Assembly (NCBI GenBank): GCA_028707125.1 | Contig: JAQTUX010000001.1 | Location: 205,639-269,638 of the forward strand | Reading direction: 5' to 3' | Length of the DNA stretch: 64,000 nucleotides | Source of the DNA: Candidatus Omnitrophota bacterium | Lineage (GTDB): Bacteria > Omnitrophota > Gorgyraeia > Gygaellales > JAQTUX01 | Part shown: positions 8,274 through 19,659 of the stretch, piece by piece | Layout of the letters: each line of letters starts with the position of its first letter | Position numbering within the stretch: position 1 is the first letter of the stretch | Made by a program: the position numbers and the translations under genes | The notes under the pieces: model-generated | Database searches by the model: none | Told to the model about the DNA's origin: nothing | Seen by the model: the letters and a program-made list of their open reading frames with translations, nothing else

Positions 8274-10235
8274 ATGGATAAAGACAGGATAGATTTTTCG
8301 CATAAAGGCGCGATCGCCCTTGTCGGCAATCCCAATGTCGGCAAGTCGGTTATTTTTAATCTTTTTACCGGCGAATACGTGACCGTGTCCAATTATCCGG
8401 GGACGACCGTGGAGGTGGCGCGGGGTATTTTCAGGTTTGACAGATCTTACTCCGTCCTTGACACCCCGGGCACAAACAGCCTTATTCCCTCATCGGAGGA
8501 CGAGAGGGTAACGCGCGATATACTGTACAAGGAGAACGTAAAGGCGGTTGTGCAGATAATTGACGCCAAGAACCTTAAGCGCTCGCTGTTTTTAACCCTG
8601 CAGCTGATCGAGTCCGGGCTGCCGCTTGTCCTCGCCTTAAATATGATGGATGAAGCGGAAGAAAGAAGGGTCAAGATAGATGCAAAGGGCCTTTCGCTGA
8701 TATTGGGCGTTGATGTCATACCCACGATTGCCATTGAAAAAACAGGCATAAATAACTTGATCCACGCTGTGCCGAAGGCCAGGGTTTCTTCACATGAAGT
8801 CGGATACCCCGAGTTTATAGAACAGGCAATAGAGAGGATATCGCGGCTGATTCCTCAAGGCGGGGTTTCAAAACGGCTTACCGGCATTATGCTTTTAAGC
8901 AGGGATGCCGCGTTCTTGCGTGATATCTTAGGCGGCGTAGATGCTGAAAATATCCGGCAGATCGAACAAGAGGCCGCGGCCCTGGAGAGCCGCTTATCAG
9001 GCAGGATGAGCCGGGTTATTGACCACAGCAAGTTTGCCCATATAGACGCGATTATCAGGAAGGTCGTTAAAGAGGAGATTTTGAAGTCAAAATTATTTCT
9101 GGAACGGCTGGGGAACTGGATGGTTTCGCCTTTGTGGGGCGGGATTTTTGCCTTGTTCATATTGTTTTTACTTTATAAGTTCGTAGGTGAATTCAGCGCG
9201 GGAACAGCGGTTGATTTTTTGGAAGAAAAGGCCTTCGGAGAATATTTTAACCCCTGGATAACGGCTGTATTGGGCAGGTTCATCCCATACGCGTTTGTAA
9301 GAGATATGTTCATAGGCGAATACGGCGTTATAACCATGGCGTTGACTTATTCTCTGGCGATAATCCTTCCCATTGTCTCCGCGTTTTTTCTTGCCTTCGG
9401 CATATTGGAGGACACAGGGTACCTGCCGCGGCTGTCTGTGGTTATGGATAAGGTGTTCAGGCGGCTTGGACTGCACGGAAAGGCGGTCCTGCCTATGGTG
9501 CTGGGGCTCGGTTGCGGCACAATGGCAGTGCTTACCACCAGGATCCTTGAGACAAAAAAGGAACGGCTTATCGCCACCGTGCTTCTGGCCCTGGCCATTC
9601 CCTGCTCAGCGCAGTTAGGCGTAATACTGGGTATGCTCGCGGCTGTTTCAAGGGGCGCGATGCTTATCTGGGTGGCAGTGATCGCGTTTATTCTTCTGGT
9701 GATCGGCTTCGTCATGGATAAGGCCATCCCGGGCAAGCGTTCGGATTTCATTATGGAACTGCCGCCTCTGCGCCTGCCCAAAATCAGCAATATTTTGACA
9801 AAATTGCTGGCTAGATTACAATGGTATCTTAAGGAGGCGGTCCCTCTGTTTATGATCGGGACATTGATGTTGTTTATATTTGATAAGCTGGGAGTGCTTG
9901 TCAGAATAGAGGGCTTTTTTTCTCCGGTTGTTCAGGGTTTCCTCGGGCTGCCTGCTAAGGCGACCGAGTCCTTTATAATAGGTTTTCTAAGGCGCGATTA
10001 CGGCGCTGCCGGGCTCTATGCCCTGCAGAAGGACGGCGCCCTGACCAACCTTCAGATTCTGGTAAGCATAATCGTGATCACATTGTTTGTGCCCTGCATC
10101 GCGCAGTTTTTCGTGGCAGTAAAAGAAAGGGGGCTGAAGGCGGGATTGGCCATATTCTTCTTCGTGATGCTTGTCGCCGTATTGACAGGAGGGGCGGTGA
10201 ATTTTATTATTAGTTATTTAGGGGTGAGGATATGA
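8274..10235 (+). CDS. feoB: Ferrous iron transporter B
   Basis: N-terminal G-domain GNPNVGKS...DTPG, followed by a polytopic membrane domain with FeoB gate motifs. Confidence 0.9.
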   Translation: MDKDRIDFSHKGAIALVGNPNVGKSVIFNLFTGEYVTVSNYPGTTVEVARGIFRFDRSYSVLDTPGTNSLIPSSEDERVTRDILYKENVKAVVQIIDAKNLKRSLFLTLQLIESGLPLVLALNMMDEAEERRVKIDAKGLSLILGVDVIPTIAIEKTGINNLIHAVPKARVSSHEVGYPEFIEQAIERISRLIPQGGVSKRLTGIMLLSRDAAFLRDILGGVDAENIRQIEQEAAALESRLSGRMSRVIDHSKFAHIDAIIRKVVKEEILKSKLFLERLGNWMVSPLWGGIFALFILFLLYKFVGEFSAGTAVDFLEEKAFGEYFNPWITAVLGRFIPYAFVRDMFIGEYGVITMALTYSLAIILPIVSAFFLAFGILEDTGYLPRLSVVMDKVFRRLGLHGKAVLPMVLGLGCGTMAVLTTRILETKKERLIATVLLALAIPCSAQLGVILGMLAAVSRGAMLIWVAVIAFILLVIGFVMDKAIPGKRSDFIMELPPLRLPKISNILTKLLARLQWYLKEAVPLFMIGTLMLFIFDKLGVLVRIEGFFSPVVQGFLGLPAKATESFIIGFLRRDYGAAGLYALQKDGALTNLQILVSIIVITLFVPCIAQFFVAVKERGLKAGLAIFFFVMLVAVLTGGAVNFIISYLGVRI

Positions 10236-10882
10236 TCGATCAGAAAAAGACAGATGAGATACTTGAGCAGGTATGGATGTTCAGGGAGAGGGGGCAGAAC
10301 AGCGTACAGCAGCTTATCAGCTGCAAGGAAGAGAATATAAGCGACGCCCACCTCAGGCAGATGCAGGAGAAGGGGCTGCTTGAGATAAAGGATCAGGCGC
10401 TGGGCCTCACCCGTAAAGGCGAGGAGCGCGCCAGAATGATCATCAGGGGCCACCGCCTTACCGAGCGCTTATTTACCGATGTGCTGGAATTGGGCTCCGC
10501 GCTGATAGAACCGATCGCCTGCAAGTTTGAGCACATTATCAGTTCCGAGATAGGCGATGCCATATGCACTTTGCTTGGGCATCCAAAGGAGTGCCCTCAC
10601 GGCTGCCCCATACCGCCGGGAAAATGCTGCGAGCTTGCCCATAAGCAAGTCAGCAGGATCATTTTTCCGCTTTCAGAACTTACCTTCGGCAGCAAGGCAA
10701 AAGTGGCCTATGTGGTGAGCAAGCACCATCATAGATTGGACAAGCTTTCCAGTATGGGCGTTGTTCCCGGAGTAGAAATAGTTTTACACCAGCGGCTTCC
10801 TGTGCCGATCATACAGGTGGGCCACACGCAGATAGCGATCGAAGAGGATATTTTGAAGGATATTTTTGTGAGGAGGTCATGA
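10232..10882 (+). CDS. DtxR/MntR-family metal-dependent transcriptional regulator with a C-terminal FeoA-like (SH3-like) domain
   Basis: A winged-helix N-terminus is followed by the DtxR-type metal-binding/dimerisation segment RGHRLTERLFTDVLE. The C-terminal stretch LSSMGVVPGVEIVL...IQVGHTQIAIEE is FeoA-like. Its start overlaps the feoB stop by 4 nt. Confidence 0.65.
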   Translation: MIDQKKTDEILEQVWMFRERGQNSVQQLISCKEENISDAHLRQMQEKGLLEIKDQALGLTRKGEERARMIIRGHRLTERLFTDVLELGSALIEPIACKFEHIISSEIGDAICTLLGHPKECPHGCPIPPGKCCELAHKQVSRIIFPLSELTFGSKAKVAYVVSKHHHRLDKLSSMGVVPGVEIVLHQRLPVPIIQVGHTQIAIEEDILKDIFVRRS

Positions 10883-11886
10883 AGGCGGTATCGCTGATCA
10901 GCGGCGGGCTGGATTCCACCCTTGCCACAAAGTTGATCATAGAGCAGGGCATCGAGGTCTTCGCCTTGAATACCCGCACTCCGTTCTGCACCTGCGATAA
11001 AAAACAGCCCAAAGGCGCCGGATGCAGGCACGAGGCAGCGCATGTTGCCGAAAAGTTGGGCATTACTTTGAAGATCGTTAACGTCTCTCCCCAGATGTTG
11101 GAGATCATTAAGCATCCAAAGCACGGCTTCGGCTCCAATATGAACCCCTGCATTGACTGCCGTATATTATCGTTTAAGAAGGCGAAGGAGTATATGCGGG
11201 AGATCGGCGCTTCCTTTATCATTACAGGGGAAGTTTTAGGCCAGAGGCCGATGTCCCAGCGCAGGCAGATGATGGATCTGATCGAGAAAGAGGCGGGGCT
11301 TGAGGGTTTAGTTTTAAGGCCGCTTTCGGCAAAACTATTTGAACCGACAATACCGGAGACAAACGGCTGGGTGGACAGAGAAAAACTGTTAGCCATAAGC
11401 GGCCGCTCCAGAAAGGAACAGATGGCGCTGGCAGCGGGGCTGGGCATCAATGATTATCCCTGCTCCGCGGGCGGCTGCCTTTTGACTGACAAGGGTTTCT
11501 CGCAGAGGATCAAGGATCTCCTGGCGCACGATGAGTTGACCTTGGACAATGTGGAACTGCTTAAGGCGGGCAGGCATTTACGCCTTGACGATAAGGCAAA
11601 GATAGTCGTGGGCCGCGATGAAAGGGAGAATTCCCTGCTGGAGGCCATTAAGAAAGAAGGTGATCTTATCTTCCGGCCTTCAGAAGACCTGGCAGGGCCG
11701 ACCGTATTAGTCAGAGGGGTGTTGAGGCCTGAAAAGATAGAGTTTGTCTGTGGTGTCCTGGCTTCTTATTGTGATCTGGACGGGCTCAAGGAGGCAGACA
11801 TAGAAGTTGTTTTTCCTTCCGGCATAAAGCAGGACAGGAAAGCCCCTCCTTTAAGCAGGGTAGAATTTCAGCAGTACATAATTTAA
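10879..11886 (+). CDS. PP-loop superfamily ATPase (ThiI/TtuA-like tRNA thiolation or related sulfur-transfer enzyme)
   Basis: N-terminal SGGLDS PP-loop motif, plus conserved Cys clusters (CTC, PCIDC, CSAGGC). At 335 aa it is longer than QueC. The exact family is not resolved. Confidence 0.45.
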   Translation: MKAVSLISGGLDSTLATKLIIEQGIEVFALNTRTPFCTCDKKQPKGAGCRHEAAHVAEKLGITLKIVNVSPQMLEIIKHPKHGFGSNMNPCIDCRILSFKKAKEYMREIGASFIITGEVLGQRPMSQRRQMMDLIEKEAGLEGLVLRPLSAKLFEPTIPETNGWVDREKLLAISGRSRKEQMALAAGLGINDYPCSAGGCLLTDKGFSQRIKDLLAHDELTLDNVELLKAGRHLRLDDKAKIVVGRDERENSLLEAIKKEGDLIFRPSEDLAGPTVLVRGVLRPEKIEFVCGVLASYCDLDGLKEADIEVVFPSGIKQDRKAPPLSRVEFQQYII

Positions 11887-11896
11887 TTTGAACTTG

Positions 11897-11926
11897 ACAT
11901 TTTTTTATTTTGTGTTATACTCTACT
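11897..11926 (+). promoter_or_regulatory. Sigma-70-like promoter for the Rrf2-metY-cysK-metXW operon
   Basis: TTGACA, a 16-nt AT-rich spacer, then TATACT, lying 25 nt upstream of the Rrf2 ATG. Confidence 0.4.
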
Positions 11927-11949
11927 ATGTTAATAGGGATTATAGAATT

Positions 11950-13724
<1,775 letters not shown>

Positions 13725-13736
13725 AGGAGAGAGAGC

Positions 13737-14663
13737 ATGGCTCGTATCTTTGAAGATATCACCAGGACAGTAGGCAATACGCCGCTCGTGAGATTGAAAT
13801 CTATCGCTAATGGCTGTGTTGCCGATATCGTCGCTAAACTGGAATTTTTCAATCCCCTGTCCAGCGTGAAGGACCGCATAGGCGTTGCCATGGTCGAAGA
13901 CGCGGAAAAACGAGGCCTGCTTAAAAAGGGCTCAGTTATAGTGGAGCCCACCAGCGGCAATACAGGCGTCGCCCTTGCCTTTGTTGCCGCGGCAAAAGGA
14001 TATAAGCTTATATTGACCATGCCGGATACGATGAGCATAGAGCGCAGGCAGCTGCTGAAGATCTTTGGCGCCGAACTTGTGCTTACCGACGGGACGCTGG
14101 GAATGAAGGGGGCCGTGGAAAAGGCGGAAGAGCTCACGAGGAATATCCCCGGCGCGTTTATGCCTCAACAATTTGAGAATCCCGCGAATCCGGAGATACA
14201 TCGTAAGGCCACGGCTGAGGAGATATGGAAGGACACCGACGGAAAAGCGGATATCCTGGTTTCGGGCGTAGGCACGGGCGGCACGATCACAGGCATCGCG
14301 GAAGCGATAAAAAAGCGCAAGGGCTCTTTTAAGGCGATAGCGGTTGAGCCGAAGGATTCGCCCGTGCTTTCAGGGGGTAAGCCCGGCGCGCATAAGATCC
14401 AGGGCATCGGCGCGGGGTTCCTGCCGCAGGTCCTTAACATGGATACGATTGACGAGGTGATCAAGGTTTCAAATGAGGACGCGGGGGTCTTTGCCAGGCG
14501 GCTGGCGAAAGAAGAAGGCATACTGGCAGGTATTTCAGCCGGGGCAGCGGTCTGTGCCGCTGTTAATATAGGTAAAAGAGAGGAAAATAAGGGAAAGCTC
14601 ATAGTCGTTATAGTGCCTGATACGGGAGAGCGGTATCTAAGCACCTGGTTGTTTCAGGAATAA
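13737..14663 (+). CDS. cysK: Cysteine synthase A (O-acetylserine sulfhydrylase)
   Basis: PLP-binding region [26 protein letters not shown] and the glycine loop [10 protein letters not shown]. Confidence 0.85.
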   Translation: MARIFEDITRTVGNTPLVRLKSIANGCVADIVAKLEFFNPLSSVKDRIGVAMVEDAEKRGLLKKGSVIVEPTSGNTGVALAFVAAAKGYKLILTMPDTMSIERRQLLKIFGAELVLTDGTLGMKGAVEKAEELTRNIPGAFMPQQFENPANPEIHRKATAEEIWKDTDGKADILVSGVGTGGTITGIAEAIKKRKGSFKAIAVEPKDSPVLSGGKPGAHKIQGIGAGFLPQVLNMDTIDEVIKVSNEDAGVFARRLAKEEGILAGISAGAAVCAAVNIGKREENKGKLIVVIVPDTGERYLSTWLFQE

Positions 14664-14686
14664 TATATTAAAGGGGCATAATCATA

Positions 14687-15811
14687 ATGAAGAAAGGATC
14701 AGACGTGGGCAGGGTAAAGACCTTATATTTTAATTACGACAAAGAGCTGGTTTTGGAGAGCGGATTGAAGCTCTGCCCTCTCACTCTGGCGTATGAGACC
14801 TACGGCGCGCTTAATCCTGAAAGATCCAACGCCGTTTTGATAGCGCACGCGCTTTCAGGCGACGCGCACGCCGCGGGGCTGAGCGAGGGCTCAGAGTCGC
14901 CGGGATGGTGGGACGGCATGATCGGCCCGGGCAAGGCATTTGATACCGATAAATATTTCGTCATATCCTCCAATATCCTCGGAGGATGCAGGGGCTCAAC
15001 CGGCCCGTCATCCCTTAACCCCGATACCGGCAAGCCCTACGCCCTGGATTTTCCCATAGTGACTGTCGCGGATATAGTTAACGCGCAGAAACTGCTGCTT
15101 GATTATCTGGGGATAGAAAAGGTGCTTTGTGTATGCGGCGGTTCTTTCGGAGGCATGCAGGCGCTTCAGTGGCCGGTGTCTTTCCCCGGCAAGGTGGCAT
15201 CAGTCATACCGATCGCCACCTGCGTAAAACATTCCGCGCTTCAGATCGCCTTTGATGAAGTGGGAAGGCAGGCGATCATGGCCGACCCTGACTGGCAGGC
15301 CGGCAACTATTACGGCAAGAGCGTTCCGGCAAGGGGGCTTTCCGTTGCCAGGATGGTAGGCCATATCACCTATATGAGCGATGTCTCAATGCAGGAGAAA
15401 TTCGGCAGGCGGCTCAAGGGCAGGACCGAATACGGCTATGAGTTCACTACGGAATTTGAAGTAGAGGGTTATCTGCGCTACAGGGGGGATGATTTTGTCA
15501 AAAGGTTTGACGCCAACTCCTACCTTTACATAACAAAGGCAATGGATTATTTTGACCTTACAGAGGGCTCCGCCCCCGCTAAAAAATTCAAGGATACACA
15601 GGCGCGCTTCCTGGTCATTTCCTTCAGTTCGGACTGGCTTTATCCGAAATATCAATCACAGGAAATAGTAGGCGCCCTTAAGGCCGCGGGCAGGGATACC
15701 ACCTTCTGCGAGATAAGGTCTGATTACGGCCATGACGCCTTTCTGCTTGAGTTTGAGGAAGAGACGCATTTAATAAAACATTTTTTACAGAGGGTGTCAA
15801 ATGGCAGATAA
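14687..15811 (+). CDS. metX: Homoserine O-acetyltransferase
   Basis: Alpha/beta-hydrolase fold with GGSFGGMQALQW around the nucleophile. A MetW partner lies immediately downstream. Confidence 0.85.
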   Translation: MKKGSDVGRVKTLYFNYDKELVLESGLKLCPLTLAYETYGALNPERSNAVLIAHALSGDAHAAGLSEGSESPGWWDGMIGPGKAFDTDKYFVISSNILGGCRGSTGPSSLNPDTGKPYALDFPIVTVADIVNAQKLLLDYLGIEKVLCVCGGSFGGMQALQWPVSFPGKVASVIPIATCVKHSALQIAFDEVGRQAIMADPDWQAGNYYGKSVPARGLSVARMVGHITYMSDVSMQEKFGRRLKGRTEYGYEFTTEFEVEGYLRYRGDDFVKRFDANSYLYITKAMDYFDLTEGSAPAKKFKDTQARFLVISFSSDWLYPKYQSQEIVGALKAAGRDTTFCEIRSDYGHDAFLLEFEEETHLIKHFLQRVSNGR

Positions 15812-16391
15812 AGTCCGCGCGGACCACAAGATAATCCTTGGTGTTATTGAGCGGGGCTCCTATGTCCTTGACCTGGGCTGCGGCGACGGAGAGCTGCTTT
15901 CTTTGCTCCAGGATAAGAAGGGCGTACGGGGCCAGGGCACGGACATCAGGGAGGAGGCGATATACGACTGCGTGGCGCGGGGCCTGAGCGTGTTCCACAG
16001 CGACATAGAATCCGGCCTGTCCGGCTATCCGGATAAGTCGTTTGATTACGTTATACTCAACCAGAGCCTGCAGGAAACCAGGAACAGCGAACGGGTGATC
16101 TATGAGGCCTTAAGGGTGGGCAAGAAGGTGATAATAGGGTTTCCCAACTTCGCGTATCTGAGGGCAAGGTGCCAGCTTTTCTTCAAAGGCATCTCTCCTG
16201 TCACCGCCTCTCTTCCTTACACCTGGTATAATACTCCCAATGTGCATTTTTTAAGCATAAAGGACTTTATGAAATTCTGCGGAGCCAGGGACATCAAGAT
16301 CATAAAGCCGTATTTTCTCTGGCGGGGAAAGAAAATATATCTGCTGCCCAACTTGTTTGCCCATATCGGTATATTCGTTCTGGAAAAATAA
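15801..16391 (+). CDS. metW: Methionine biosynthesis protein MetW
   Basis: About 196-aa SAM-methyltransferase-like protein (DLGCGDGELL). It overlaps the metX stop, matching the canonical metXW pairing. Confidence 0.7.
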   Translation: MADKVRADHKIILGVIERGSYVLDLGCGDGELLSLLQDKKGVRGQGTDIREEAIYDCVARGLSVFHSDIESGLSGYPDKSFDYVILNQSLQETRNSERVIYEALRVGKKVIIGFPNFAYLRARCQLFFKGISPVTASLPYTWYNTPNVHFLSIKDFMKFCGARDIKIIKPYFLWRGKKIYLLPNLFAHIGIFVLEK

Positions 16392-16454
16392 ATAAGGACA
16401 TAAGTTATGGAGCTCTATGCTATAATATGCGACATAACTTATATGTCCGAATTT

Positions 16455-16500
16455 ACCCTTGACATTTTACTGTGGCAAACTGATAATAAAATGTCAAGGG
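16455..16500. promoter_or_regulatory. Perfect 15-bp inverted repeat overlapping a TTGACA -35 box (candidate operator/promoter upstream of the nifU-like gene and Ca-ATPase)
   Basis: ACCCTTGACATTTTA-N17-TAAAATGTCAAGGGT. It is preceded by a 13-bp stem hairpin (GGACATAAGTTAT...ATAACTTATATGTCC) after metW. Confidence 0.4.
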
Positions 16501-16531
16501 TCTGCTCATTAAACAAACCGGAGGATGAGAT

Positions 16532-16759
16532 ATGTTAAAAGACAAGGTTGAGAAAAGCCTGGATAAAATAAGATCTATGCTTTATGCCGATGGGGGCAAT
16601 GTAGAGTTAGTGGCCGTAGATGAGAAAGAGGGGGTTGTAAAGGTGCGCCTTACAGGCGCCTGCGTCGGCTGCCCGATGAGCTCTATGACATTAAAGAACG
16701 GGATCGAAAGGGCGCTTAAAGAAGAGATCCCCGAGGTCAAGAGGGTAGAGGCGGTTTAA
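16532..16759 (+). CDS. NifU-like Fe-S cluster assembly domain protein
   Basis: 75-aa protein with the NifU C-terminal-domain signature TGACVGCPMSSMTL. AGGAG RBS. Confidence 0.75.
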   Translation: MLKDKVEKSLDKIRSMLYADGGNVELVAVDEKEGVVKVRLTGACVGCPMSSMTLKNGIERALKEEIPEVKRVEAV

Positions 16760-16770
16760 TACCGGGCAAT

Positions 16771-19476
16771 ATGAATCAGCCATTATGGCATAACATTGAC
16801 GCTGCCGAGGCGCTGGAGCGGCTCGGCTCCGATCCTGCAAAAGGGATCAGCGGGCAGGAAGCGCTCAGGCGCTTAGAGCAATACGGGCAGAATGTCCTGA
16901 AAGAAAAAAAAGGGCGTTGTGCCTTTTTTATTTTTTGCGGGCAGTTCAATGACTTTATAATATGGGTCCTTATCGCCGCCAGCATTATTTCCGGCATTTT
17001 GAAGGAATGGGTAGACGCGTTGGCGATAATCGTGATCGTGATGCTCAATGCCGTGCTGGGTTTTATACAGGAGTTCCGCGCTGAAAAGACCCTTAAGGCG
17101 CTAAAGAAGCTGGCTATCCCCGTATCAAAAGTGGTCCGCGATGGCCTTCTTGATATCCTGCCTTCCTCGCGGCTTGTCCCGGGCGACTTGATCGAGATCG
17201 AGGCGGGGGACAGCGTACCTGCCGACGCCAGGATAATATACAGTACCCCTAATTTTATGGCTCAGGAAGCGGCGTTGACCGGAGAGTCCACCCCCGTGGC
17301 AAAAACCTCTTATACATTAAAGGAAAAGGACACTGTTTTTGCCGACAGGGCGAACATAATTTATATGGGCACCTCCGCCGTATCTGGTAAGGCCAGGGCG
17401 GTAATCGTGGCTACGGGAATGAATACGGAGCTGGGCAGGATCGCCGAGATGGTGCAGGAGGCGAGCATATCGCAGACGCCCTTGCAGAGGAAACTTGAGA
17501 AGTTCGGGCAGTGGGTGGTGTATATGTGCCTGGCAGTGGTCACCCTTGTTTTTATATTAGGCATACTGCGGGGCGGCGAAATACTGGAGATGTTCCTTAC
17601 GGCGGTAAGCCTGGCGGTGGCCGCGATCCCCGAAGGCCTGCCGGCGGTTGTTACGATAAGCCTTGCCCTGGGTGTGCAGCGGATGGTAAGGCACCATGCC
17701 TTAATAAGGAAACTGCACGCGGTTGAGACATTGGGATGCACGACCGTTATATGTTCCGATAAGACAGGCACGCTTACGAAGAATGAAATGACTGTCCAGA
17801 GGGCCTGGGCAGGCGGCAGGACATATGATGTAACGGGGACAGGATATGCTTCGGAAGGCGGTTTTGAAATAGAGGGCAATAGGATTGATACAGGCAAGCA
17901 TCCCCTGTTGATGAAGGCCTTCACAATAAGTGTTCTGTGTAATTCGGCGCAGATAAGGGATGAGGCAGGCAAATACAGGATAGTGGGAGACCCTACTGAA
18001 GGCGCCTTGCTGGTCGCGGCTGCCAAGGTCGGGATCACGAAGGAGGATCTGGAGGAAACGAATACATTTATTGAAGAGATCCCCTTTGATTCAGAGCGCA
18101 AAATGATGACCGTTATACGCCAGGGCGATTCAGGCAAGGCCGCCTACGTCAAAGGCGCTCCCGAAGTAGTGTTAAATAGATGCAGCCATATTATAGAAGA
18201 AGGCGGCGGCGTAAGGGAGATGGCGCCGTCCGATACGGGGCAGATCATCCGGGCGAACGACTCCTTTGCTTCAAAGGCAATGCGCGTGCTCGCGGTTGCC
18301 TACAGGCCCGTAGGGGAAGAGATCAACAGGTATGATTCGGACGCGGTAGAGAACGGGCTTGTCTTTGCCGGGTTGATCGCGATGATCGACCCTCCCAGGG
18401 AAGAGGTTGTGGACGCGATCAACAAATGTTTCAGGGCGGGAATAAAAAGCATCATGGTCACCGGCGACCATAAGAATACGGCCGTGGCAGTCGCCAGGCA
18501 AATAGGCATTTTCGGCGAAGGCAGTATTGTCTTAGGCGGCGATGAACTTCAAGATAAAACCGATGAGCAGCTGGCTAAAGAGGTAGAAGGCATACCGGTA
18601 TACGCCCGCATATCCGCGGAGCATAAACTTAAGATCATCCGCGCCCTGAAGTCAAGGGGGCATATTGTGGCAATGACAGGCGACGGCGTGAATGACGCCC
18701 CCGCGCTGGCAGAAGCAGACATAGGCGTGGCAATGGGCGCTGGCACTGATGTCGCCAAGGAAGCGTCGGATATGGTCGTAACAGACAATAATTTCGCTTC
18801 CATTGTCGCGGCGGTGGAAGAGGGCCGCGGTATATATGAGAACATAAAGAAGTTTATCCACTATCTTCTCTCCTGCAACGTAGGAGAGGTGCTGGTGATG
18901 TTTTTCTCCAGTTTCTTCTGGCTGCCCCTGCCGCTTCTACCCATACACCTGCTCTGGGTAAACCTGATCACCGACGGGCTTCCCGCCCTCGCCTTAGGCA
19001 CCGACCCATACAGCCCGAAAATAATGCAGCTGCCGCCGCGGCATGCCAACGAAGCGATAGTAACGAGAAAAAGCGCTTATATTATGCTATGCCAGGGCGG
19101 GGCAATCGCCTTATGCACGATCCTGGCCTTTGTATTCGTCCTGTTTATTGAAAAGGGCGGCCTGCCGCGGGCGCGCACAGCCGCCTTTGTCGTGCTTTGC
19201 TGCTCGCAGTTGTTCCATTCTTTTAACTGCAGAAGCCAGTCGTTATCGCTGTTTAAGATCGGTATCCTTACCAATAAGAGGCTTGTCCTGGCGGCATTTG
19301 TCTCGTTGCTGCTGCAGGTGGCTGTAGTCCATCTGCCGTATTTTCAAGTGGTGTTTAAGACGCAGGACTTAAGCCCGCTTGATTGGCTTGTAGCCGCGGT
19401 ATTCTCCTCTTTTACCTTATGGGCCATGGAAATAGCCAAATCAAGAAAAATCATTGCAAGTTGGATGCAGCAGTGA
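16771..19476 (+). CDS. P-type ATPase, Ca2+-transporting (SERCA/PMCA-like, type IIA)
   Basis: DKTGTLT phosphorylation motif, TGDGVNDAPAL hinge, 10 predicted transmembrane helices, and the PEGLP motif in M4. Confidence 0.85.
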   Translation: MNQPLWHNIDAAEALERLGSDPAKGISGQEALRRLEQYGQNVLKEKKGRCAFFIFCGQFNDFIIWVLIAASIISGILKEWVDALAIIVIVMLNAVLGFIQEFRAEKTLKALKKLAIPVSKVVRDGLLDILPSSRLVPGDLIEIEAGDSVPADARIIYSTPNFMAQEAALTGESTPVAKTSYTLKEKDTVFADRANIIYMGTSAVSGKARAVIVATGMNTELGRIAEMVQEASISQTPLQRKLEKFGQWVVYMCLAVVTLVFILGILRGGEILEMFLTAVSLAVAAIPEGLPAVVTISLALGVQRMVRHHALIRKLHAVETLGCTTVICSDKTGTLTKNEMTVQRAWAGGRTYDVTGTGYASEGGFEIEGNRIDTGKHPLLMKAFTISVLCNSAQIRDEAGKYRIVGDPTEGALLVAAAKVGITKEDLEETNTFIEEIPFDSERKMMTVIRQGDSGKAAYVKGAPEVVLNRCSHIIEEGGGVREMAPSDTGQIIRANDSFASKAMRVLAVAYRPVGEEINRYDSDAVENGLVFAGLIAMIDPPREEVVDAINKCFRAGIKSIMVTGDHKNTAVAVARQIGIFGEGSIVLGGDELQDKTDEQLAKEVEGIPVYARISAEHKLKIIRALKSRGHIVAMTGDGVNDAPALAEADIGVAMGAGTDVAKEASDMVVTDNNFASIVAAVEEGRGIYENIKKFIHYLLSCNVGEVLVMFFSSFFWLPLPLLPIHLLWVNLITDGLPALALGTDPYSPKIMQLPPRHANEAIVTRKSAYIMLCQGGAIALCTILAFVFVLFIEKGGLPRARTAAFVVLCCSQLFHSFNCRSQSLSLFKIGILTNKRLVLAAFVSLLLQVAVVHLPYFQVVFKTQDLSPLDWLVAAVFSSFTLWAMEIAKSRKIIASWMQQ

Positions 19477-19517
19477 TAATTTACAATTGAAAGCGGCATA
19501 ATTGAAGGAGGTGCGTT

Positions 19518-19571
19518 ATGAGTTGCGGGAGCTGCGGGCCAAGGAAAAAGAAGAAGAAAAAGAAGAAGTAG
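19518..19571 (+). CDS. Candidate 17-codon small ORF MSCGSCGPRKKKKKKKK
   Basis: GGAGGTG lies 5 nt upstream of the ATG. A CxxC pair is followed by eight consecutive AAG/AAA lysine codons and TAG. A perfect 16-bp hairpin begins 16 nt downstream. Not verifiable from sequence alone. Confidence 0.2.
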   Translation: MSCGSCGPRKKKKKKKK

Positions 19572-19586
19572 CGGAGAAGGACGTTT

Positions 19587-19651
19587 CGTCATTGTGAGCC
19601 CCGCCCTTTTGGGTAGTATACAGAGCGCTAACTAACCAAAAGGGCGGGGCT
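19587..19651 (+). other. Perfect 16-bp stem hairpin (AGCCCCGCCCTTTTGG...CCAAAAGGGCGGGGCT) without a following T-tract
   Basis: Direct reading. The loop is 22 nt. The stem ends at 19651, 9 nt before the ATG of the next gene (19660). Confidence 0.6.
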
Positions 19652-19659
19652 TAATTCAC

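Noticed and set aside
10729-11450. - strand ORFs of 131 and 213 aa
   Set aside because: They are antisense to the PP-loop ATPase gene (SGGLDS motif on +) and have no RBS.
17361-18137. 258-aa - strand ORF
   Set aside because: It is antisense to the well-supported P-type ATPase, with Ser/Pro-rich low-complexity composition.
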